From Candidatus Falkowbacteria bacterium RIFOXYC2_FULL_36_12 (GTDB lineage Bacteria > Patescibacteriota > Patescibacteriia > UBA11705), in NCBI GenBank assembly GCA_001778235.1, contig MFGJ01000007.1, positions 193,476 through 257,475 of the forward strand: a stretch of 64,000 nucleotides of DNA, given 5' to 3'. Both the position numbers and the translations under genes were made by a program. The notes beneath the pieces were generated by a model. It ran no database searches. It was not told where the DNA came from and saw only the letters and a program-made list of their open reading frames with translations. This document shows, piece after piece, positions 59,001 through 64,000 of this stretch (position 1 is the stretch's first letter; every line of letters begins with the position of its first letter).

Positions 59001-61481
59001 AAGATAAGCAACATCTGGAGCTAGACGAACAATCTTGTTGATTCTCTGCCAACCGCCACCCAAATCCTCAATTTGAGTGGTATAAATATAAGAATCATTT
59101 AATGGATTTAAATTTTCTGTGGTTGAAGTAAAGGTAACATCAAAAGTTCCACCCATTCTCCGCATAGAGTAGTTTAACCTAGCAACTGTTGGAATGAGTT
59201 CAACAACTTGACTACCAGAAACAACGGCAGAAAATAAATAATAACGAGAGTATTTCAATGGAGTAATTTGTAAATCTTGAGTGAGATACAATTGACCTGA
59301 AGCTCCAAGTGATACAGAATTTGAACTTTGATAACCTGTATCTGTAACAATAAAATTATCAGCTTCAGAATTGTTCCACCCAGTAATCATATCAGCGGTT
59401 GTATCATTGGCCTCACCAACAAAAAGATCAAAATTACTATTTGGAACCAAGTTAGCACCAAAACGATTGCTAGTATTTATTACCCTAGTACAACCTTCAT
59501 CATTTGGTGAACAACTTTCAGTTTCAATCTGACTGTTCAAGTGGACAATTGAACTACCTGTTTTGTAATAATCTGCGGGATAGTTTTCAGCCCAAACCCG
59601 ATCTGTGGCAGTAGAAGAAGTCAACCAGCTACTATACCCTAGACAACCAACTGAATTAGCATCACAGCTACCAAAATCTACTGTATTTAATAAATAATTA
59701 AATTTTTTACCGTCACGCTGGGTCAGAGTAGTACAAGAATCAGCGACTGCAGGACAAATATCGCCAGTAAATTTCCAAACATTTTCTTCAGCGGCACAAT
59801 AAGCATAATGGCAATTGCCCTCCTCATCAGTGGCAACACAACTTTTTACATCAGCACAATATTCAGCTCGATCTGTAGTATTTGAGGCAAGTAGAGTTGG
59901 TCCGCTGGCAACAGCATCACAACGAGCTTTGGGATATTTGAGAACCCAATCAGGGTCAACTAAATAACGATAAGGATCACAACTGGTAACTGCGGCAGGA
60001 GCATTGAAACAGCCAAGCATAAAACTCAATGTCTTGGCAGGATCGCCATTGGCGGAAACTGCTTGAGCTGCGAGCTCCCAACCAATTGGAATAATTCTGG
60101 CTTTTCGCAATTTTACAAGATTGTAATAACAATAACCATTTAAGTAACAATCATCATCTAAATTGTCTGAATTTTGTGGGCTGATAAAGGCTAAATTGGG
60201 AATTAATTGTTGATTTAGCGCTTCTTGAACGGTTAACGGAGTACCATAATTTGCAGTGCGGACAGCATCAGCAAAATCTTCGGTTATAACACAATTATTT
60301 GGACCTCGATTGATTGTACCAGGATCACAAGTGGTAAACTCTGTGAGCTGGTCAATTTCTCGGGAAGAAGTTTTAAACCCAATTTTTTTTAAGCGAGAAA
60401 TCTGATTCTCGGCTACAGTTTTGTAATCAAAAACACCTTGTGATGGATTGTAAGAATTGGAGACATAGCCTTGGGATATACGGTCAAACAAAGCATTGAC
60501 AAATCGTTGAGAAACAAATGAATTCAAAAAGGTTGAACCAATTGCTTCTGGAATTGATTCAATAACATTCCAAGCTTTTTCTTCTTCAGATGCAGGAGCG
60601 TCTAGGGTTTTCGAAATTTGACTTGATAATAATTCTTTTGAAACATCTGGCGGATTTTGGATGGTTGTTCCTGTAATATCGGTTTTGGGTTTGAAACTTC
60701 CCTCGCCTTCAAGTCGTTCTTCTTTGGCTACCTGCTCTTGTTCTCTCTGGGCAGATTCAGCTAAATCATAAGTATATAAATAAGTACCAATATCACTTTG
60801 TTTTGGTTCAAAACCTTTGACAACTTGTTCTATTGCCACAAAAGAAGCAACTGACGGATTGTCAACATATTTACTCTGTAATTCATCGGCAAAAGCGCTC
60901 CAGCGATCCTTTACTTTGTTCCAAGAACAACGACGATTTTGGACTTGAGCATCAAATGGGTTGCGTTTGGTATTGACCTCAAGAGAACGAATTACTCTAA
61001 GTTTTACATCCAAACTTGGTTCGCAGATGTCAAACTTGTCAGCCCATGGTTGAGCTGTACTCAATTCACTCAAAACATCGGTCAAAACAGCTTCACGAAC
61101 ACGGTCAACATAAGTGCTCCAAGTATCAAGTTGCCAAACAGGTTGTTGACCCCACTCGCCTGTTTCAAGCCAATTAACACTCTGCTCGGCCAAATCCTGC
61201 GCAACTGTAACGGCTAAATTTTTTAAATTTATGGCGGCTGTACGGATCAGAACTTTTTCAATCTTATCTCCAATCGTCTCTTCAAGCTTATTTGTTTTTT
61301 CCGTTATTATACGGTCAGTCTCAATGGCAATATCAACTGAAGTACCTGCAGGGTCAATTACCGGCAATTCAGCAAAGGCAGTTTTGGGTGGAACTATTAT
61401 ATTGGCAAAAATCAGAAAAACAATAACAACCAATAATGTAAATAAAGGTTTAATGTAGCGACAATTTTGAACTTTTTTCAT
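53022..61481 (-). CDS. Giant secreted or surface protein (2819 aa), Cys/Gly/Asn/Ser/Thr-rich with an N-terminal signal anchor
   Basis: An uninterrupted 8.46 kb ORF. N-terminus MKKVQNCRYIKPLFTLLVVIVFLIFANIIVPP. It holds more than 100 Cys, including a recurring module C-T-[SE]-D-[DN]-x-C-G-x-G-[RK]-C. Confidence 0.8.
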   Translation of the reverse strand: MKKVQNCRYIKPLFTLLVVIVFLIFANIIVPPKTAFAELPVIDPAGTSVDIAIETDRIITEKTNKLEETIGDKIEKVLIRTAAINLKNLAVTVAQDLAEQSVNWLETGEWGQQPVWQLDTWSTYVDRVREAVLTDVLSELSTAQPWADKFDICEPSLDVKLRVIRSLEVNTKRNPFDAQVQNRRCSWNKVKDRWSAFADELQSKYVDNPSVASFVAIEQVVKGFEPKQSDIGTYLYTYDLAESAQREQEQVAKEERLEGEGSFKPKTDITGTTIQNPPDVSKELLSSQISKTLDAPASEEEKAWNVIESIPEAIGSTFLNSFVSQRFVNALFDRISQGYVSNSYNPSQGVFDYKTVAENQISRLKKIGFKTSSREIDQLTEFTTCDPGTINRGPNNCVITEDFADAVRTANYGTPLTVQEALNQQLIPNLAFISPQNSDNLDDDCYLNGYCYYNLVKLRKARIIPIGWELAAQAVSANGDPAKTLSFMLGCFNAPAAVTSCDPYRYLVDPDWVLKYPKARCDAVASGPTLLASNTTDRAEYCADVKSCVATDEEGNCHYAYCAAEENVWKFTGDICPAVADSCTTLTQRDGKKFNYLLNTVDFGSCDANSVGCLGYSSWLTSSTATDRVWAENYPADYYKTGSSIVHLNSQIETESCSPNDEGCTRVINTSNRFGANLVPNSNFDLFVGEANDTTADMITGWNNSEADNFIVTDTGYQSSNSVSLGASGQLYLTQDLQITPLKYSRYYLFSAVVSGSQVVELIPTVARLNYSMRRMGGTFDVTFTSTTENLNPLNDSYIYTTQIEDLGGGWQRINKIVRLAPDVAYLGMRFSGIESSVIDEVQISEAVSPFEVYDYSDYGTIGLDFIKIAPDYYGCYDSALYTDPAFSRGIRQGETTWYTPVNVSDILDKTSNNSEKCSDFAELCAAEEVGCQLFNPTDGGTSVTAVASPEDLCPSQCVGYATYSQASTNFVSTQFPLYFMPSTAESCSANQVSCEEFTNLDDLDAGGEGTEYYSDLRLCKKSDNPETDTSCGTYYTWVGTDVSGYQLQAHQFEMNNSVPKVVQKSPITRECSPSTFDPINFPECRELYDKNGNVSYYILDNLVLCSQNCHPYRRTLKYDAEIQCTSRGGEWRADNECVFWANPDFSKSCDKSNAGCREYRGNTANDVDQLLNDTFDASTIWTGGEISQRSSINGGKSLKLTSGQTSGRRLSNSLIPGESYIVSFWAESPGSTARADINLGSSSLESRVEIQSTPADQTQFLHYDTAIFVPTEAVNEINIQSNSGTIYFDSIEVKRLSDTHYLITNSWSTPTACDQTLSKQYLPQAQLGCREFESSVAGSQTLRGFRNICRQSAVGCQAVIDTQNSTNPFSQSYDNDNGAFTTDQDNLMYLVLSDDVRCKVFGIGCTMLGVPNYDQNNQIESDNWATNFFKLDFDNLDKYLCLGRDNRCDEFTTSDNNTYYFKEPGERTCEYKVGSDGNEGWFVTGTEDSCPSGTFDYYADGTGHLLHSSTATYDGWVGQCKSKYDSCTAFLDPVDVEGGSTKGSAYYYLNNEDIQSCSTVSEKDGCLLFNDTSVKNAQGFNQLLFNSASTYEASSADGGRGVSPLANSTDQALQGLKLLLENLNIDCSLHTNYCPEVRAIFNQPDTNSVERTAITNSVFALLGTTPSASAGPVGVNQCTYESVLCYAANEANIFQDSNRIIKVVRDRECAEWYDCKSGQTVFDPVTNTSKFVCQGLGLCDAIGEAENTGQCSHFVSEGPSDSLLTTNQLLNATNYTQVRRTQGVSWGQLDYSGYSISNRYPLQFYNSYNINARDNALPKDYRLVHLTSQTCTSDDACGAGRRCLGDVCVEGVATADIISASSAECRAYPQADSPFNASVKKLGNQTAQAYENVLTCEGDENFACGCAYTKVSFGGGYIDKYFPNSISQYIETDKVGFCQDIPDRQCACAGLITEDDNITRNAIDRSTMCESYDCSDSGQLGMCMKKDIDRVKYLGMQGYCLERDGSLKLSGQGDTACLSWYPVDSLSGLQDLYAQYDEAGYDPNAFENDGGRLYCLGAAGLETDDTPYEDPISYRARIFDDYRYYIPSGGNDYREYFTGYSGEPLYKQDLIGFSFACNEGQDEDWCEGESATTWYEKSHSQDFQGYNFFKKSARSINPSGSAPNTLVTGNLSTYNFTRDQDKYRQWTYWQITWSEKDFVSSRFLESDTLYQYGGSGKKLGEFDDDKYLMFVKDGGVENKDLITNEVLGDAEDVFKPIPAGVLHGVNWSSQGCTEDNDCGNGKCIKDSYYGNYCSNVQCNPATDYDLNPAQFPCNNNANQQVEGETIWYCQSDQSQVGYCNYNTLAQSARQINSHCWGEDNYFGVRVLFDENDQFKGVWASICDDSNSIGWQDFTLDLLKGEYCQDVIQVVEEDALGSNKAYTDNFYKYLKTGDNLVLESGATHDKLWDATTRSLEYGLSPTTALNPFGSAYGSAVSTDEGDPVYVPFDSTNDDGTDLAENPGGTPFFAGLGNNAHTAGKPISCEGGETANCDNVTKSSGYSVFINNLFANVYNRWIYQNDKYVNLAGSMPVAGDFALTNSHQPPIVAGVVFTGNSDPITGNETSAADINTISIGTQSRGDIRYSGEDYSAQMTFYAWANSNQMPITSVLVDWNDGSTVVGLDEGKLKNHKPVCQQLAGELLQRCKIDNAGKYIPDYACRETTDCPVGTSCLGTQYDVFGDTTDACSPQEFFKFEHRYTCEGQGDRVCSGSVISNCWNATEQACQFIPQVQVKDSWGWCNGSCGHQKSTWVTDGCYEGECSRTAPEPWTRFAGRILIKP

Positions 61482-61498
61482 ATTTAAATATTGGCTAG

Positions 61499-62332
61499 TT
61501 AATTTGAAGTTACTTCTTTATTGGCTTCTTCCCATGCTTGCTTAAAAAACGAAAGTAATTCTTCATCGCTAAGGGAGCTGACAATATTTTCAGGTACACC
61601 ATTTTCAATCAAAATAATTCGAAGCTCGGCGGGAGTATAATCTTCTGCTTTGGTTTTGGTTTCAATGCTTACCGGAGTTTTCAGGGGTTGATCACCAATG
61701 GTATCTCGGTAAAATTTCAAAAGCTCATCATCGGAAAAAGCCACAATGTCTGCTTCTGAAAACTTACCAGACAACCGCAATAAATCTCTTAATTCTTCCG
61801 GGGTAGGAAGGTCTGTAGCGATGGGACTCACAGTTGAACTATCTTCGGTGTCACTAGTGACAAAACTATTAAAACAGGTTTTTCCTGTCGGACAATTTGG
61901 GTCAGTGCCATTATCAATCTCCTGTTTATCATTCAAATCATCACTGTCAGAATCAGCCAAATATGGACTGGTAATATAAATATTTAATTCTTCATAATCA
62001 TTGACGCCATCTTCATCAGTATCTTTACTCCTCAAATCTTCTTCTTCTGATGATAAAACCGGTTCAATAGACTTGGCATTTTCAGCATCAACTCGTTCCT
62101 GCCCACCAGGGACAGGAACAGCAAAAAAACTTTTGGCACCAAAACCAACCACAAGCAATAAAACAAGCACCAATCCAGCTAAAATACCAGACAAAACTTT
62201 CTGTCGTTTGGTTAAGGTTCCAGAGGGTAATTCTTCAATAATCGGCGGTTTATTTTCCAATAAACCTAAAGGTTCCTCTTTGTAATCATCAAAAGAGGAT
62301 CTGCCCGGATTTTGTAAGCGATCTTGTCCCAT
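61499..62332 (-). CDS. Bitopic membrane protein with thrombospondin-type-3-like Ca-binding Asp-rich repeats
   Basis: One TM (ILAGLVLVLLLVVGFG), then DTDEDGVNDYEE and DSDSDDLNDKQEIDNGTDPNCP. It lies 17 nt upstream of the giant gene. Confidence 0.6.
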   Translation of the reverse strand: MGQDRLQNPGRSSFDDYKEEPLGLLENKPPIIEELPSGTLTKRQKVLSGILAGLVLVLLLVVGFGAKSFFAVPVPGGQERVDAENAKSIEPVLSSEEEDLRSKDTDEDGVNDYEELNIYITSPYLADSDSDDLNDKQEIDNGTDPNCPTGKTCFNSFVTSDTEDSSTVSPIATDLPTPEELRDLLRLSGKFSEADIVAFSDDELLKFYRDTIGDQPLKTPVSIETKTKAEDYTPAELRIILIENGVPENIVSSLSDEELLSFFKQAWEEANKEVTSN

Positions 62333-62401
62333 GTTATGCCATTATTTTTTATAATTATACCACAAAACCAAGGCTTGATGAAAAGAGTTTATGCACATGA
62401 A

Positions 62402-62505
62402 AAGCGAGACAGCGAGTACAGCCCGCCTACGCTAAAGCTATGGCGGGTAAACGAGAACAGCCCGCCTTCGCTAGGTGTAGCTATGGCGGGTAAACGAGTA
62501 AAGTA
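62402..62505. repeat. R1 intergenic repeat copy with two CCCGCC...GGCGGG hairpins
   Basis: Hairpins at 62421-62447 and 62460-62490. Confidence 0.8.
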
Positions 62506-62570
62506 ATAAATAAAAAATTTTACAAAAAAAATAACCCTTGGAATAAGGTTGTTAGTTTAGGGAAAAATTT

Positions 62571-63401
62571 TTAGACTACTTTTGATAAGTTAACCCAGTC
62601 ATCAAGAGAAAGCTGTTGGGCCCTAGTAGTGGGGTCAATATTGGCCTTTGTTAAAATAGCTTCTGCCTGTGAATTTGTAATATGCAAGCCATTAGCCAAA
62701 TTATTTTTTAATTGTTTTCGCTTGGCAGCGAAGCTGATTCGAATAATCTGGAAAAATTTTTTAACATCAATTTCAGGGAATTTATTTTTGATTGTCAGCT
62801 TGACAATTGAGCTGTCAACTTCTGGCGCGGGAATAAAACATTTTCGAGAAACTGTTGATACAATTTCAATATCAGAATAAAACTGGGCGGAAATCGCTAA
62901 CTTGCTCATTTCACCAGGAATTGAAACCAATCTTTCAGCAACTTCTTTTTGCACCATTAAAACCATTTCCGTTGGCGGATATTTGAATTCTAGGAATTTT
63001 CGAAGTATCTTCGAAGTAATATTGTATGGGATATTGGCAACAATCTTGTATGGCTGATGATCAAAAAAATCTTCAATATCAACTGGTTTTAATTCAAGTG
63101 CGTCTTGATTTACAATCATCAACTTTGAATAATTTTTATTTTTTCTAAATTCCTGTTTCAAAACATAGTTCAGTGTTCGATCAAGTTCAACTGACACAAC
63201 TTTTTTTGCTGTCTCCAAAAGTTGCTCGGTTAAAATGCCAAGACCCGGTCCGATTTCGAGGACATTGTCAGATGTTTTCAGATCTGCGGATAATACAATT
63301 TTTTGTAAAATATTTTTGTCTACCAAAAAATTCTGGCCAGCGGATCGGCGAGGAATAATCTGATATTTTTTCATTAAAGCTTTTATATTCATACTATTCA
63401 T
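62571..63401 (-). CDS. rsmA: 16S rRNA (adenine1518/1519-N6)-dimethyltransferase KsgA/RsmA
   Basis: RSAGQNFLVD...VLEIGPGLGILT SAM-binding motifs. Confidence 0.85.
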   Translation of the reverse strand: MNSMNIKALMKKYQIIPRRSAGQNFLVDKNILQKIVLSADLKTSDNVLEIGPGLGILTEQLLETAKKVVSVELDRTLNYVLKQEFRKNKNYSKLMIVNQDALELKPVDIEDFFDHQPYKIVANIPYNITSKILRKFLEFKYPPTEMVLMVQKEVAERLVSIPGEMSKLAISAQFYSDIEIVSTVSRKCFIPAPEVDSSIVKLTIKNKFPEIDVKKFFQIIRISFAAKRKQLKNNLANGLHITNSQAEAILTKANIDPTTRAQQLSLDDWVNLSKVV

Positions 63402-63439
63402 TTCATAATTATCATGAGAACATCTAATTATGTGAACAA

Positions 63440-64000
63440 TTATAATGAATTATACCCTGAAATCCATCTTCGTTAAAACTTCCGACTACGCTCTTTTGGG
63501 AGCTTCGACGGACAAGTCGATGGACAAGTAAATTCAGAGCCTGCCCTGAATTTAGTTCAGGGGTGACAAATGGGAGATGCTGAAAACAGTCCCCAGAGAT
63601 CCTGAAACAAGTTCAGGATGACGAGTGTAGTGTTCAGTATGACGAGTGTAGTGTTCAGGATAACGAGTGTAGTGTTCAGGATGACGAGTGTAGGGTTCAG
63701 GATGACGAGTGGTGTGTTGTCCTGTCACTCTGAACTCCTGCCTGTCGGCAGACAGGTGTTTCAGAGTCTCCTGAATTGACCATGTAGGAAGGAGGGAAAG
63801 AATTTAAATTTTGAATAGTTATACCCTGAAATCCATCTTCGTTAAAACTTCGATGGACAAGCAAATTCAGGGTGACAAGTGAGAGGGCGAAGAATTATAC
63901 CCTGAAACCACGCACTATAAACAAGTTTAAGTGCAAGACAAGCAAGTTCAGAGCCTGCCCTGAATTTAGTTCAGGGGTGACAAAATCTAATTATTCACCG
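63440..64000. repeat. Dense R2 repeat cluster including a 21-bp tandem array (GACGAGTGTAGTGTTCAGGAT, about 5 copies, 63617-63725) and several CCCTGAA...TTCAGGG nested-hairpin units
   Basis: Read directly. The repeats are contiguous with no unique spacers, so this is not a CRISPR array. Confidence 0.8.

Noticed and set aside
53033-61458. More than 20 small ORFs nested in or antisense to the giant gene
   Set aside because: They lie inside an uninterrupted 8.46 kb ORF with consistent composition and have no independent signals.
63440-64000. Possible CRISPR array suggested by the dense direct repeats
   Set aside because: The repeats are directly tandem (a 21-bp unit) or irregular composite hairpin units with no uniform unique spacers. 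There are no cas genes in the window.
1-64000. tRNA, tmRNA and rRNA genes
   Set aside because: I scanned for GTTCGAATCC-type T-arm motifs and cloverleaf-compatible segments and found none. I cannot exclude divergent RNAs without tRNAscan or Infernal.

Overview
This is an AT-rich bacterial chromosomal segment, about one-third GC by eye. Its gene content (a giant Cys-rich surface protein, many small membrane ORFs, a consolidated deoxynucleotide-metabolism locus) is compatible with a reduced-genome, possibly CPR/Patescibacteria-like organism. I found no tRNA, rRNA or CRISPR array.

Recognisable housekeeping genes:
- rplY, a rodA-like SEDS gene and gyrB.
- secE-nusG-rplK-rplA.
- A deoxynucleotide cluster: thyA-like, DHFR, dCTP deaminase, dCMP deaminase, a T4-gp1-like dNMP kinase, a MazG-like protein and a Tmk-Tdk fusion.
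- gatB, a MacAB-type ABC efflux set (adaptor, ATPase, two permeases), miaA, folC and miaB.
- A dcw fragment mraY-murD-ftsW carrying insertions.
- The iscR-iscU-nfu-iscS operon.
- rpmA, trpS, typA, msrA/msrB and rsmA.

Candidates for something new:
1. A three-gene hypothetical island of atypical composition (8425..10131, minus strand) between gyrB and secE. It has its own promoter, a palindromic operator and duplicated bidirectional terminators.
2. A thyA homologue whose dUMP-specifying Asn (E. coli N177) is replaced by Asp. It sits inside a phage-like dNMP-metabolism cluster.
3. A radical-SAM/SPASM enzyme with an N-terminal PqqD-like RiPP recognition element, in a four-gene operon.
4. A 2819-aa Cys-rich secreted giant protein paired with a membrane protein carrying thrombospondin-type-3-like Ca-binding repeats.
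5. Two GxxExxY (PD-(D/E)XK-like) genes bounded by inverted-repeat arms of a dispersed TACGAAT/TACAAAT repeat family. Solo copies of the repeat abut the start codons of secE, the DHFR gene and ftsW.
6. A roughly 60%+ GC lipoprotein gene embedded in the AT-rich background, indicating very recent horizontal acquisition.
7. Two promoter- and terminator-delimited candidate small RNAs.

Three dispersed repeat families (R1, R2, R3) are described below.
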